Below, piece after piece: positions 45,780 to 58,684 of a stretch of DNA of 64,000 nt (positions within the stretch are counted from its first letter, which is position 1; every line of letters begins with the position of its first letter). Where the stretch lies: contig OZ242011.1 of the NCBI GenBank assembly GCA_965204755.1, positions 2,560,001 to 2,624,000 on the forward strand, read 5' to 3'. The notes beneath the pieces were generated by a model. The model searched no databases, was not told the origin of the DNA, and was given only the letters and a program-made list of their open reading frames with translations. The DNA comes from Candidatus Marinacidobacterium sp. (GTDB lineage: Bacteria; Acidobacteriota; Vicinamibacteria; Marinacidobacterales; Marinacidobacteraceae). The position numbers and the translations under genes are program-made.

Positions 45780-48119
45780 TCAGTAACCCGCGAGTTCGGT
45801 GATCGCTTCCAGCAGGTCTTCCGTCTGCGGGAGCGCCTCCTCCTCCAAACCCGGGTTGTACGCGATCCAGGTGTCCTTCGCCGCCACCCGCCGCACCGGG
45901 GCGTCGAGTTCGTCGAACAACTCGTCCGCGATGCGCGCCGCGATCTCCGCCCCGTAACCGAAACTCCGGGTGTCCTCGTAAGCCACCAGCGCCCGGTTCG
46001 TCTTCCGCACGCTCCGGCGTATGGCCTCCCAGTCGTACGGCGCGAGCGACCGCAGGTCGAGGATTTCCACCGAAACCCCCTCCGCCGCCGCCCTCTTGGC
46101 GGCGAGTTCCGTCCGGTGCACCAGCGCGCCGAAAGTCACCACGGTCAGGTCCTCGCCCGGCCGCACCAGGCTCGCCTTCCCGAACGGAATGGTGAAGTCC
46201 GGCCCCGGGTCCGGGCTCTTGTTGTAGGTCTGCCGGTACAGGTGCTTGTGCTCGAGGAAGATCACCGGGTCTTCGCAGCGGATCGCGGTGCGGAGCAGCC
46301 CGGCGGCGTCGAGCGCGGTCGCCGGCATGACCACCCGCAGCCCCGGCAGGTGCGTGAACAGCACTTCCGCCGACTGGCTGTGGTACACCGCGCCGCCGGT
46401 GAGATACCCGCCGGAGGGCACCCGGACGACCAGCGGCGCCTCGTAAGCGCCCGCCGACCGCCAGCGGAGGCTGGCGAGTTCGCTGCGGATCTGCATGTAC
46501 GCCGGCCACAGGTAGTCGAGGAACTGCACTTCGGCGACCGGGCGCAAACCGCGCAGCGCCATGCCCACCCCGAGGCCGACGATGGTCGCCTCCGCCAGCG
46601 GGGTGTTGAACACGCGCTCCGACCCGAACTCGCGTTGGAGCCCGTGGCTCACCTTGAAGACGCCGCCCTTGCCCTTCACTTCGGTCAGCGCTTCCTCCCG
46701 GCTGGCGTCGGCCACATCCTGCCCGAACACGACCACCCGCGGGTCGCGCTCCAACTCGGCGCGCAGGGTGGCGTTGATGAGGTCCACCATCGTCCCCGGT
46801 TTCGCGCCGGGGGCGAACCGGGGCTCGCTCTCGAACTCCGCCGAGCAGGGGTCCACCCGCGGGCTGTAGAGGTGGTCGTGGACGCTCTCCTTCGGCGGCC
46901 AGGGCAGGGCCAGCGCCTCCTCGGCGGCGTCCGCGACTTCCGCCTTCGTGTGCTCGGCGAGGGCGTCGAGTTCCTCCCCGGTCGCCGCGCCGGAGGCGGT
47001 CAGGCGCTCCCGCAGCCGGCGGATGGGGTCGCGCCGGGCCTCCGCCTCGCGCTCCCCGGCGGGGCGGTAGTCGCGGTCCTCGTCGGAGAGCGAGTGCGAG
47101 TCCAGCCGGACCACCCGCGCCTGCACCAGCGCCGGGCCGGCGCCGGACCGGGCGTGCTCGAAGGCCTGCGCCAGGGTCGCCCGGGACTCCTCGTAGTCGC
47201 AGCCGTCGCACTCGAACACCGCCAGGTCGGGGAATCCCCGGACGAGCGGCGCGATCGCCCCGCCGGCGGTCTGGTGCTCCACCGGCACCGAGATCGCGTA
47301 GCCGTTGTCCTCGATCAGGAACACCACCGGCAGCCGCCGGAGGCAGGCGCTGTTCAGCGCCTCCCAGAACTCGCCCTCGCTGGTCGAGCCGTCGCCGCCG
47401 CAGACCAGCGCGATCCCGTCGCCCTCCGGCGCCGCCGGGAGGCCGGGCACCGGGTGGCGGCTGAGGTACCGCTCGGCGTAGGCGACGCCGACCGCGTGGA
47501 GGAACTGGGTGCCGACGCAACTGGAATGGGCGGCGATGCCGAGCGACCGCTTGACGAAGTGGGAAGGCATCTGCCGCCCGCCGGAGGCGGGGTCCGCGGC
47601 GGCGCCCCAGGCCGCGGCCAACTGCTCGGCGGGCGTAAGACCCGCGCGGGTGGCGAGCGCCCGGTCCCGGTAGTAGAGGAAGGCCCAGTCCGTCCCCGGC
47701 CGCAGCAGCGAGCCGGCGGCGGCGGTCACCGCCTCGTGGCCGGCGGAACTGATCTGGAAGAACGACTTGTTCTGCCGCTTCAGCAGGATCTCCCGCCGGT
47801 CCAACTCGCGGGAGGTCAGCATCGTCCGGTAGGCGGCGAGCAGCGCCTCCGGGCGGAGCGCGGGCGACTCCTCCGCCTCCGCCGCCCCGCCGGCGCCCCC
47901 GTTCGTCCGACCGTTCTCCCGCCGGTCTTCCCGGTCCCGGCCGTTCGCCCGCCCGCGCCCGTTCTCCCGCCCGGACTCCCGCCCGGATTCCCGAACGAGG
48001 TCCGCGCCGTCCGGGGCCGCCTCGCCCCGCTCCGCGCCCGACTCGGTTTCCCGGCCCGCCCGGAGCCGGTTTCTCAGTCTCCGCTTCCTCCCGGGGAAGA
48101 TCGCCGCGAGGTCAGCCAC
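45780..48119 (-). CDS. Fused 2-oxoacid dehydrogenase E1 alpha/beta (branched-chain type)
   Basis: [26 protein letters not shown] motif [15 protein letters not shown]...[36 protein letters not shown]. Start uncertain (low-complexity N-terminus). Confidence 0.92.
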   Translation of the reverse strand: MADLAAIFPGRKRRLRNRLRAGRETESGAERGEAAPDGADLVRESGRESGRENGRGRANGRDREDRRENGRTNGGAGGAAEAEESPALRPEALLAAYRTMLTSRELDRREILLKRQNKSFFQISSAGHEAVTAAAGSLLRPGTDWAFLYYRDRALATRAGLTPAEQLAAAWGAAADPASGGRQMPSHFVKRSLGIAAHSSCVGTQFLHAVGVAYAERYLSRHPVPGLPAAPEGDGIALVCGGDGSTSEGEFWEALNSACLRRLPVVFLIEDNGYAISVPVEHQTAGGAIAPLVRGFPDLAVFECDGCDYEESRATLAQAFEHARSGAGPALVQARVVRLDSHSLSDEDRDYRPAGEREAEARRDPIRRLRERLTASGAATGEELDALAEHTKAEVADAAEEALALPWPPKESVHDHLYSPRVDPCSAEFESEPRFAPGAKPGTMVDLINATLRAELERDPRVVVFGQDVADASREEALTEVKGKGGVFKVSHGLQREFGSERVFNTPLAEATIVGLGVGMALRGLRPVAEVQFLDYLWPAYMQIRSELASLRWRSAGAYEAPLVVRVPSGGYLTGGAVYHSQSAEVLFTHLPGLRVVMPATALDAAGLLRTAIRCEDPVIFLEHKHLYRQTYNKSPDPGPDFTIPFGKASLVRPGEDLTVVTFGALVHRTELAAKRAAAEGVSVEILDLRSLAPYDWEAIRRSVRKTNRALVAYEDTRSFGYGAEIAARIADELFDELDAPVRRVAAKDTWIAYNPGLEEEALPQTEDLLEAITELAGY

Positions 48120-48240
48120 GGCGCGGCGGATCGGAGCGGGAACAGCGACCGGGCGCGGCGGAACTCATCGACGGGGCAGTGCGAAGGGGGAACGGATGTT
48201 AACACCCGGCCCCCGCCGCGCTCCGGGCCGCGAAGGCCGG

Positions 48241-48269
48241 TTCCGGCGGCGGCGCCGCCCGGCTAGAAT
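48241..48269 (+). promoter_or_regulatory. Putative sigma70-type promoter of the tRNA pair
   Basis: TTCCGG-17 bp-TAGAAT, 20 bp upstream of tRNA-Lys. Confidence 0.5.
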
Positions 48270-48289
48270 TACCGGTTGCCTTTCCGCAT

Positions 48290-48362
48290 GGGCCGTTAGC
48301 TCAGTTGGCAGAGCGCTCGCCTTTTAAGCGAGATGTCGCAGGTTCGAAACCTGCACGGCCTA
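48290..48362 (+). tRNA. tRNA-Lys (TTT)
   Basis: Acceptor GGGCCGT/ACGGCCT, anticodon arm CTCGC-CTTTTAA-GCGAG, T-loop TTCGAAA. CCA not encoded. Confidence 0.96.
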
Positions 48363-48371
48363 CCCCTCCGG

Positions 48372-48447
48372 GTCCCCATCGTCTAGAGGCCCAGGACGTC
48401 GCCCTTTCACGGCGAAAACACGGGTTCGACTCCCGTTGGGGACGCCA
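48372..48447 (+). tRNA. tRNA-Glu (TTC)
   Basis: Acceptor GTCCCCA/TGGGGAC, anticodon arm TCGCC-CTTTCAC-GGCGA, T-loop TTCGACT, encoded CCA. Confidence 0.96.
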
Positions 48448-48603
48448 GACCCCCTCCGGCCGGGGTTCCGCCCCCCTCCCGCCGGCGCCCCCGTCCGGGC
48501 GTCACCGCGCCCGCGCCTGAGCCCGCCGGGCGGCGGCGGAGACTCCCCGACCCGCCGCCGCTCCCCCCGGCCCACCCGGCGCCCCTCCCCGCCCGACCCC
48601 CCG

Positions 48604-51600
48604 TTGCCCGCCGCTCCCCCCTCCGACGCGCCCCTCTTCCGGCCCGCCCCCGCCGGCGACCGGATCCCCGAGGCCGAAGCGGAAGTCCGCCGCTTCTGGA
48701 AGGAGCGCCGCATCTTCCCCCGGAGCGTCGAAAACCGCGCCGGCGGCAAGCCCTGGGTCTGGCACGACGGCCCCCCCACCGCCAACGGGCGGCCCCACAA
48801 CGGCCACATCCTCACCCGCGTCTTCAAGGATGTCTTCCCGCGCTACCGGACCATGCGCGGCCGGTTCGCCGAGCGCCTGGCCGGCTGGGACACCCACGGC
48901 CTCCCCGTCGAGGTCGAGGTCGAGAAGGAACTCGGCATCCACGGGCGCGAGGAAGTCGAGGCCTACGGCGTCGGCCGGTTCGTGGAGAAGTGCCGCGCCT
49001 CGGTCTTCCGCTACATCCGCGACTGGGAGGAGATGACCGACCGGATCGGCCACTGGGTGGACCTCGACCGGGCCTACGCCACCTACCGCCGCCCCTATGT
49101 GGAGAGCGTCTGGTGGGCGCTCTCCGAACTCCACCGCAAGGGCCTGCTCTACCGGGGCGAGAAGGTGGTCTGGTGGTGGGCCGAGGGCGGCACCGCGCTC
49201 TCCTCCCACGAAGTCGGCCTCGGCTACCGGGAAGTGGACGACCCGGCGGTCACCGTCGCCCTGCCGCTCCGGGACGAGCCCGACCTGGCGCTCGCGGTCT
49301 GGACCACCACCCCCTGGACGCTGCCCTCGAACCTCTACGCCGCCGTCCGCCCCGGCGTCCGGTACGCCGAGATCGAGCGCGAACCGCCCCCGGACGGCGC
49401 CGCGCCCCCCGGCGGCGTCCGGCGGCTGGTGGTCGCCGAGGCCCTCCGCGAGGCCCTCGCCCCGAAACTGGGCTGCCGCCCGCAGCCGCTCCGCCGCTTC
49501 GACGGCGCCGAACTCGTCGGCCGCCGCTACCGCCCCCCGTTCCCGGACTACCGGGACCGCTACGACGGGCTCGAAGGCCGGCTGGCCGGCGGCGGCTCGG
49601 TCCCGGCGTTCTGGCGCGTCCTCGCCGCCGACTTCGTGGAACTCGACCAGGGCACCGGGCTGGTGCACGAGGCCCCGGCCTTCGGCGAGGTGGACCACGA
49701 CCTCCACCGCGCCACCGTCGCCGCCTACGAAAACCCCGAGGACATCCCGCTCCCCTGCGCCGTCGGCCCCGACGGCCGCTTCACCGCCGAGGTCCCCTGG
49801 CTCGAGGGCCAACGGGTCAAGGAAGCCGACCGCGAGATCGTCCGCCGCCTGCGGGAGACCGGGCTCCTCCTCCGAGAGGAGACCCTCCGCCACGAGTACC
49901 CGTTCTGCTGGCGGGCGGAGCAGGACGCGCTGATCCAGTACGCCCGGCCGGCCTGGTTCCTCCGCACCACCGCCCGGAAGGAGCGGGCGCTCGCGAACAG
50001 CGGCGCGGTGGACTGGATGCCGGAGCACATCCGGGAGGGCCGGTTCGGCGACTTCCTCCGGAACAATGTGGACTGGGCGCTCTCCCGCGAGCGGTTCTGG
50101 GGCACGCCGCTCAACCTCTGGATCAACGACGAGACCGGCCGCCGGGAGTGCCCGGCCTCCGCCGCCGAGATCGAGGAGCGGAACCCCGACGCCTTCGCCG
50201 CCTTCGAGCGGGCCCGCAGGGAGCGCCCCGACCTCGACCCCGACCTGATGCTCCACAAGCCCTGGGTGGACGAAGTCACCTGGACCCGCCCCGGCGAGCC
50301 GGGGGTGTACCGGCGGGTCCCCGAGGTCATCGACTGCTGGTTCGACTCCGGCGCGATGCCCTTCGCGCAGTGGGGCTTCCCGCACCGGAACCGGGAGCGG
50401 TTCCTCGCCGCCTTCCCCGCCGACTACATCACCGAAGCGGTGGACCAGACCCGCGGCTGGTTCTACTCGCTCCTCATGATCTCCACCCTGCTGTTCGACG
50501 ACGACACCTGCGCCCGGCTGGGCATCGAGACGCCGCCCCGGCCGCACCCCTACCGCTCCTGCCTGGTGCTCGGCCATGTCACCGACGAAAAGGGCCGGAA
50601 GGAGTCCAAGTCGCTCGGCAACTACACCCCGCCGGAGCGGACCTTCGCCGAGGTCGGCGCCGACTCCTTCCGCTGGTTCTTCCTCGCCGCCGGCCCGCCC
50701 TGGGCGGCGCGCCGCCACTCGCCGGCGAATGTGCGCGCCGCCGCCCGCGAGTTCCCGTTGAAGATCCGGAATGTCCACTCGTTCTTCGCGATCTACGCGG
50801 CCATCGACCGCTTCGACCCGCGCGAGCACCGCGCCCGCCCGGTGGGGGAGCGCGCCCCCCTCGACCGCTGGATCCTCTCCCACCTGGAGGACACCGCCGC
50901 CTCGGTCGGGGCGGCGCTCGACCGCTACCTGGCCTACGACGCCGCCCGCGCCCTCTCGGCCTTCGCCGAGTCGCTCTCGAACTGGTGGCTCCGCCGCAGC
51001 CGGCGGCGCTTCTGGACCTCCGGGCTGGACGCGGAGAAACTCGACGCGCTCTCGACGCTCTACGACTGCCTGGTCCGGGTTTCCCGGCTGGCCGCGCCCC
51101 TGACTCCCTTCCTCGCGGAGGAGATCCACCGGAACCTGGTGGCCGGCCCCTTCGGGGAGGAGGCGCCGGAGAGCGTCCACCTCACGGACTGGCCCGAGCC
51201 GGTCTTCCCGCTGGACGAGGGGCTGAACGAGGAGATGGCGGCGGTCCGGGAGATCGCCTCGCTGGGCCTCCGCGCCCGGAAGGAAGCCGAAGTCCGCGTC
51301 CGCCAGCCGCTCGCCCGCGCTACGGTGGCCCTCGGCGACCGGGCGCTCCGGGAGCGGCTGGCCGGGCACCGGGCGCTGCTCGCCGACGAGTTGAATGTCC
51401 GGGAAGTGGTCTTCTCCGGGGAGACGGCGGGCGGGCGGGAGTGGGTCGTCAAGCCCGACTTCCGCCGGTTGGGGCCGAGGCTGGGGAAGCGGATGCAGCC
51501 GGCGCTCGCCGCGCTCCGGAAGATCCCGGGGGCCGAGGTGAAACGCCGGCTCGACGCCGACGGCGCGCTGCTGCTGGACACCGGGGAGGACGGCGCCGCC

Positions 51601-52023
51601 CCGGTGCGGATCGAGGCGGGGGACCTGGCGGTCGAGTCCCGGGCCCTCGCCGGCCGGGCGGCGGCGGCCTCCGGGGTCGCCGCGGTGGAACTGGACACCG
51701 CGCTCACCGACGACCTCCGGCGGGAAGGGAAGTACCGGGAACTGCTGAACCGGGTGCAGACCCTGCGGAAGGAACTCGACCTGCCCTACACCGCGCGGAT
51801 CCGGCTGGGCATCGCCGGCGCCGACGGCGGCGGGGACCTCTACGAAGTGGCGCGGGAGCGCGAGGCGCACTTCCGCGAGGAGACGCTCTCGGTGGAAGTC
51901 GTCCCCGGCGACCTCCCCGGAGCGGACGGAGGGGACGCGTCCGACGGGTCGGGCCCCTCCCGCCGGGAGATCGAAGTCGAAGGCGAGCGGGCGACCCTGA
52001 CGCTGGAAGTGGCCGCGCCGTGA
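48604..52023 (+). CDS. ileS: Isoleucine--tRNA ligase (type 2)
   Basis: DGPPTANGRPHNGH, GWDTHGLPVE, WTTTPWTLPSN, DWALSRERFWGTP, WFDSGAMP, DQTRGWFY, KESKS. Start uncertain (TTG 48604 chosen; no ATG available). Confidence 0.93.
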   Translation: MPAAPPSDAPLFRPAPAGDRIPEAEAEVRRFWKERRIFPRSVENRAGGKPWVWHDGPPTANGRPHNGHILTRVFKDVFPRYRTMRGRFAERLAGWDTHGLPVEVEVEKELGIHGREEVEAYGVGRFVEKCRASVFRYIRDWEEMTDRIGHWVDLDRAYATYRRPYVESVWWALSELHRKGLLYRGEKVVWWWAEGGTALSSHEVGLGYREVDDPAVTVALPLRDEPDLALAVWTTTPWTLPSNLYAAVRPGVRYAEIEREPPPDGAAPPGGVRRLVVAEALREALAPKLGCRPQPLRRFDGAELVGRRYRPPFPDYRDRYDGLEGRLAGGGSVPAFWRVLAADFVELDQGTGLVHEAPAFGEVDHDLHRATVAAYENPEDIPLPCAVGPDGRFTAEVPWLEGQRVKEADREIVRRLRETGLLLREETLRHEYPFCWRAEQDALIQYARPAWFLRTTARKERALANSGAVDWMPEHIREGRFGDFLRNNVDWALSRERFWGTPLNLWINDETGRRECPASAAEIEERNPDAFAAFERARRERPDLDPDLMLHKPWVDEVTWTRPGEPGVYRRVPEVIDCWFDSGAMPFAQWGFPHRNRERFLAAFPADYITEAVDQTRGWFYSLLMISTLLFDDDTCARLGIETPPRPHPYRSCLVLGHVTDEKGRKESKSLGNYTPPERTFAEVGADSFRWFFLAAGPPWAARRHSPANVRAAAREFPLKIRNVHSFFAIYAAIDRFDPREHRARPVGERAPLDRWILSHLEDTAASVGAALDRYLAYDAARALSAFAESLSNWWLRRSRRRFWTSGLDAEKLDALSTLYDCLVRVSRLAAPLTPFLAEEIHRNLVAGPFGEEAPESVHLTDWPEPVFPLDEGLNEEMAAVREIASLGLRARKEAEVRVRQPLARATVALGDRALRERLAGHRALLADELNVREVVFSGETAGGREWVVKPDFRRLGPRLGKRMQPALAALRKIPGAEVKRRLDADGALLLDTGEDGAAPVRIEAGDLAVESRALAGRAAAASGVAAVELDTALTDDLRREGKYRELLNRVQTLRKELDLPYTARIRLGIAGADGGGDLYEVAREREAHFREETLSVEVVPGDLPGADGGDASDGSGPSRREIEVEGERATLTLEVAAP

Positions 52024-53231
52024 GCCCCCGGTTCTCCGCCGCCGCCGAGCGGGTGGCCGGCGCCGGCGCCGTCGTGGACATCCTGAAACTGGCCGAGCAG
52101 CCGGACATCGTCTCGCTGGCCGGGGGGATGCCCGACGCCCGGGTGTTCCTCCCGGAACGGACGCGGGAGGCGATGGAACGGGTGCTCGACCGCCACACCC
52201 CGGAGGCGCTCAACTACTCCCCGAACCTGGGGGTCACCGCGCTCCGGGAGTTCCTCGCCGACCGCATGGGCCGGGTGGAGGGCGCGTCGGTCTCGCCGGA
52301 GGAGATCCTGGTCTGCTCCGGCGGGGTCGAGGGCATCCGCCACGCCGTCACCGCGCTCTGCGACCCCGGCGACGCCCTGCTGGTCGAAGACCCCACCTAC
52401 CTCTCCGTCCTCCACATCGCCCGGGAACTCGACCTCGCGCCGACCCCGGTGGCGACCGACGACGACGGCCCGATCCCGGAGGCCCTGCTCGAGGCCGCCC
52501 GCCGGCCCGGCCCCTCCGGGCGGCGGCCGCAGGCGTTCTATGTCGGCCCGGCCTTCCAGAACCCCACCGGGCGCACCTGGCCGCTCGCCCGCCGCCGCGA
52601 AGTGCTGCGGGCCGCCGAGCAGGCGGACCTCACCCTGATCGAGGACCACGCCTACACCGAGTTGTGGTACGACGAGCCGCCCCCGCCGCCGCTGAAGGCG
52701 CTCGCCCCCGACCGGGTGGTGTTCGTCCACACCTTCTCCAAGATCTTCGGCCCCGGCATCCGGCTGGGCTGGGCCGCCGCCGACCCGGCCCTCGTCCGGC
52801 GCATGGGCCTGCTGAAACTGGGCACCGACCAGTGCTCCGGGGCGCTGGTGCAGCGCCTCGCGCTGGAGTTCGGGCGGAGCGGGGCGCTCGACGAGCAGGT
52901 GCGGCTGGCCCGGGGCCTCTACCGCCCGAAGCGCGACGCGCTGTTCGCCGCCGCCCGCGCGCTCCCCACCCGCTCGCCGGTCGTCCGGCCGGGCGGGGGG
53001 TTCTTCCTCTGGGCGGACTTCACGGGCGCCCTGGATACCGGCGCCCTGCTGCGGACGGCGGTGGAGGAGTCGCGGGTGGCCTTCGTGGCCGGGCGGATCT
53101 TCTACGCCGACCCGGACTCCGCCGCCGCGAAGGGGACGCTGCGGCTCTCGTTCTCGCAGGTCCCGGCCGAGCGGATCCCCGAGGCGATGGAGCGGCTGCG
53201 GCAGGCCGTCGCCGGCGCGATCGCGGCGTGA
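52020..53231 (+). CDS. PLP-dependent aminotransferase class I/II (2-aminoadipate transaminase-like)
   Basis: SLAGGMP, EDPTY, FQNPTG, IEDHAY, TFSKIFGPGIRLGW, GGFFLW, LRLSFS. GTGA overlap with ileS. Confidence 0.9.
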   Translation: MSPRFSAAAERVAGAGAVVDILKLAEQPDIVSLAGGMPDARVFLPERTREAMERVLDRHTPEALNYSPNLGVTALREFLADRMGRVEGASVSPEEILVCSGGVEGIRHAVTALCDPGDALLVEDPTYLSVLHIARELDLAPTPVATDDDGPIPEALLEAARRPGPSGRRPQAFYVGPAFQNPTGRTWPLARRREVLRAAEQADLTLIEDHAYTELWYDEPPPPPLKALAPDRVVFVHTFSKIFGPGIRLGWAAADPALVRRMGLLKLGTDQCSGALVQRLALEFGRSGALDEQVRLARGLYRPKRDALFAAARALPTRSPVVRPGGGFFLWADFTGALDTGALLRTAVEESRVAFVAGRIFYADPDSAAAKGTLRLSFSQVPAERIPEAMERLRQAVAGAIAA

Positions 53232-53827
53232 TGCCGCAGGCCCCGCCCGCCTCCCGGCTCTTCGTCGTCTCCGGGCCGTCGGGCGTGGGAAAGAGCACGG
53301 TCCTCCGGCAGGTGGTGCGGGAGGTCGCCGGCCTCTCCTTCGCCGTCTCGCACACCACCCGCCCGCAGCGGGAAGGGGAGGAAGACGGGCGCGACTACCA
53401 CTTCGTCAGCGACGACCGGTTCGACGCCCTGCTCCGGGAGGACGCCTTCGTCGAGTGGGCGAAGGTCCACGACTACCGCTACGGCACCAGCCGGGCGGCG
53501 CTCGCCCCGCCGGCGGGCGGCGACCTGCTCATCGAGGTGGATGTCCAGGGGGCGCGGTCGCTCCGGGACGAGATCGACGGCGCGGTCACGATCTTCATCG
53601 CCCCTCCGAAGTTCGCCGACCTCGAGGCCCGGCTCACCGGCCGGGGCCGGGAATCCGGGGACGAAGTGCGGCGGCGGCTCCGCACCGCGGAAGGCGAGAT
53701 GCCGCAGGCCGGCGACTACGATCACCAAGTCGTGAACGACGACATCGAGGCCACGGTCCGCGAGATCGTCCGGGTGATCGAGGAGGCGCGGAGCGGGGCG
53801 CGCCCGCCCGAAGGCGGGACGGGCTGA
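53231..53827 (+). CDS. gmk: Guanylate kinase
   Basis: SGPSGVGKST, SHTTRPQREGEEDGRDYHFVS, YGT, EVDVQGA. Confidence 0.96.
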   Translation: MPQAPPASRLFVVSGPSGVGKSTVLRQVVREVAGLSFAVSHTTRPQREGEEDGRDYHFVSDDRFDALLREDAFVEWAKVHDYRYGTSRAALAPPAGGDLLIEVDVQGARSLRDEIDGAVTIFIAPPKFADLEARLTGRGRESGDEVRRRLRTAEGEMPQAGDYDHQVVNDDIEATVREIVRVIEEARSGARPPEGGTG

Positions 53828-53844
53828 AGGCGGGCCGGGGAAAG

Positions 53845-55293
53845 ATGGCCGAACGGGACGGAGGGAAGCCCGACGGGCGAAAGAAGATCGTCCTCGGCGT
53901 CACCGGGGGCATCGGGGCCTACCGGGCGCCGGAACTCGTCCGGTCGCTCGTCAAGCGCGGCCACCTCGTCCAGGTGGTGCTCACCCGCGCGGCGGCCTCC
54001 TTCGTGAGCCCGCTCGCGCTCGCCACCGTCTCCGGGGCGCCCGTGCTGGGGCGGCTGTTCGGGTCGCCGGACGAGCCGGGCTACGGGGACCCCGGGGACC
54101 CCGGGGACCCCGCTGTCTCCGGCGACTCGCCGGGGGACATCCGCCACATCTCCCTCACCGAGGAGACCGACCTGTTCCTGGTCGCCCCGGCCACCGCGCA
54201 CACCATCGCCCGGCTGGCGCTCGGCCTCGCGGACGACTTCCTGACCACCTTCGCGCTCGCCGTCCGGGCGCCCACGCTGCTCGCCCCGGCGATGAACACG
54301 AACATGCTGGAGCACCCGGCGACCGCGCAGCACCTGGAGACGCTCCGCGCCCGCGGCGTCCGGATCGTCCCGGCGGGCAGCGGCGAACTCGCCTGCGGCT
54401 GGCTGGGGCCGGGGCGGCTCGCCGGGAACGAGGAGATCCTCGCGGCGGTGGAGGCCGCGCTCGGCGGGGCGCCCGACCCGGCCGGCGGTCTCGCCGCCGA
54501 CCTCTCCGGCGACCTCTCCGGGCGGCGGGTCCTCATCGCCGCCGGGCCGACCCGCGAACCGCTCGACCCGGTGCGGTTCCTCTCCAACCGCTCCTCCGGG
54601 CGGATGGGGTTCGCGCTGGCCCGCGCGGCGCGTCTCCGGGGAGCGCGGGTGACGCTGGCGCTGGGGCCGGGAACCGCGCCGCCCCCGCCCGGCTGCGAGG
54701 TCCTCCCGGTGGAGACCGCCCGCGAGATGCGCTCCGCCGTCCTCCGGGAGGCGCCGGGCTGCGACGCGGTCCTGATGGCGGCGGCGGTCGCCGACTACCG
54801 CCCGGCGGAAGCGGCGGCGGAGAAGACGAAGTCGGGTCGGTCCAAGGGGAAGTCGAAGGGGGTGGCGGACGAAGGGGCCTCGCTCGCCCTCGTCCCGAAC
54901 CCGGACATCCTCGCGGAACTCGGCGCCCTCCGGCGGGAGGGCGGGGCCGGCCCGGCCGCGCTCGTCGGCTTCGCCGCCGAGACCGGCGACCCGGAGGCGG
55001 AGGCGGTCCGGAAACTCCGGGCGAAGGGCTGCGACCTGGTCGTGGGCAACCGCGTGGGCGGCGGCCGCGTCTTCGACCGGGACACCACGGAAGCGGTGCT
55101 GGTCGAGCGCGGCCCGGACGGCGGCGAGCGCGTGACCCGCCGCCCGCCGGAGTCGAAGGACGCCCTGGCGGCGGCGGTCCTCTCCGCGGTCGCCCGCCGG
55201 CTCCGGGCGCCGGCGAGTCAAGACGCGCCGGCGGCGGGGGAAGACGCGCCGGCGGCGGGCGAAGATGCGCCGGCGGCGGGCGGCCCGTCGTGA
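53845..55293 (+). CDS. coaBC: Phosphopantothenoylcysteine decarboxylase/ligase
   Basis: GVTGGIGAY, APATA, APAMN, GELACG..GPGRL, AGPTREPLDPVRFLSNRSSGRMG, AAAVADY, VGFAAET. Confidence 0.95.
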   Translation: MAERDGGKPDGRKKIVLGVTGGIGAYRAPELVRSLVKRGHLVQVVLTRAAASFVSPLALATVSGAPVLGRLFGSPDEPGYGDPGDPGDPAVSGDSPGDIRHISLTEETDLFLVAPATAHTIARLALGLADDFLTTFALAVRAPTLLAPAMNTNMLEHPATAQHLETLRARGVRIVPAGSGELACGWLGPGRLAGNEEILAAVEAALGGAPDPAGGLAADLSGDLSGRRVLIAAGPTREPLDPVRFLSNRSSGRMGFALARAARLRGARVTLALGPGTAPPPPGCEVLPVETAREMRSAVLREAPGCDAVLMAAAVADYRPAEAAAEKTKSGRSKGKSKGVADEGASLALVPNPDILAELGALRREGGAGPAALVGFAAETGDPEAEAVRKLRAKGCDLVVGNRVGGGRVFDRDTTEAVLVERGPDGGERVTRRPPESKDALAAAVLSAVARRLRAPASQDAPAAGEDAPAAGEDAPAAGGPS

Positions 55294-55356
55294 CCGTCCT
55301 GTCGTGACCGTCCTGTCGTGAGCGGCCCTTCGTGAGCCGCCCGTCGTGACCGCTCC
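55287..55356 (+). repeat. 14-bp tandem repeat x5 spanning the coaBC stop and udg start
   Basis: gtcgtgaccgtcct-like units at 55287, 55301, 55315, 55329 and 55343. Confidence 0.8.
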
Positions 55357-56074
55357 GCCCTCCGGCCCGCCCTCCCCGGAGGAGCGGAACCTGCGCGAGC
55401 AACTCGCCGCCCGCCTCCGGCTCCTCCGCTCGTTCACGGAAGTCCCGCTCGGCCTCCCGGTCGCCCCGCCGGCCGCGCCCTCCCCGGCGCCGGCCGCCCC
55501 GCCCGCCGAGACCCTCGCGGAGGTCCGCGGCGACCTGGGCGACTGCCGCCGGTGCGCGCTCGCCGGCGGCCGGACGCACATCGTCTTCGGCGTCGGCGAC
55601 CCGGACGCCGACCTGATGTTCGTCGGCGAAGGCCCCGGCGAGGAGGAAGACCGCCGCGGCGAACCCTTCGTCGGCAAGGCCGGCCAACTCCTCACCCGCA
55701 TCGTCGAGGGCGCCTTCGGGAAGACCCGGGCCGAGGTGTACATCGCCAATGTGGTCAAGTGCCGCCCGCCGAACAACCGGGACCCGGCGCCGGAGGAGAT
55801 CGCCGCCTGCCTCCCGTTCCTGAAGCGGCAGATCGCCTCGGTCCGCCCCCGCGTCCTCGTCGTCCTCGGCGCGGTGGCGGCGAAGACCCTGCTCCCCGGC
55901 GTCCGCAGCATCGGGGCGGCCCGGGGCCGGCTCCACGACTTCGACGGCATCCCGGTGGTGGCGACCTACCACCCGGCCTACCTGATCCGGGCCTCCGGCG
56001 ACCCGCTGCTCCAACTGAAGCGGAAGGTGTGGGACGACTGCAAACTCGCGCTCCGGATCCTGAACCCGGACTGA
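55346..56074 (+). CDS. Uracil-DNA glycosylase family 4
   Basis: CRRCAL, VGEGPG, PFVGKAG, YIANVVKCRPPNNRDP, TYHPAYL. Confidence 0.95.
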   Translation: MTAPPSGPPSPEERNLREQLAARLRLLRSFTEVPLGLPVAPPAAPSPAPAAPPAETLAEVRGDLGDCRRCALAGGRTHIVFGVGDPDADLMFVGEGPGEEEDRRGEPFVGKAGQLLTRIVEGAFGKTRAEVYIANVVKCRPPNNRDPAPEEIAACLPFLKRQIASVRPRVLVVLGAVAAKTLLPGVRSIGAARGRLHDFDGIPVVATYHPAYLIRASGDPLLQLKRKVWDDCKLALRILNPD

Positions 56075-56100
56075 CGGGGCCGGGCGGCGCGCCCCCCCCG

Positions 56101-58461
<2,361 letters not shown>

Positions 58462-58467
58462 CCCCCG

Positions 58468-58645
58468 CCGGCGCTTCGGCGCGTCCGCGCTGCGCGTGGG
58501 CCGAAGTCGCTTACGCCGAACCGGACGACTCCGGCCCTCGGCGCTCCGGCGCGTCCCCGCCGCGCGCGGGCCGAAGTCGCTTACCCGGAGCCGGCTACAC
58601 GACTCCGGCCCTCCGGCGCTTCGACGCGTCCGCGCCGCGTGTGGG
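58468..58645. repeat. About 70-bp imperfect direct repeat x2.5, intergenic
   Basis: ggccgaagtcgcttac...acgactccggccctc occurs twice, and cggcgct(t/c)cg(g/a)cgcgtcc three times. Confidence 0.7.
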
Positions 58646-58684
58646 AGACTCCCGAACCGCCCGCCGCCCGCCTGCTTCCGCCCG

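Noticed and set aside
48290-48447. tRNA genes as island integration sites
   Set aside because: I saw no duplicated tRNA 3' end and no integrase in the window.
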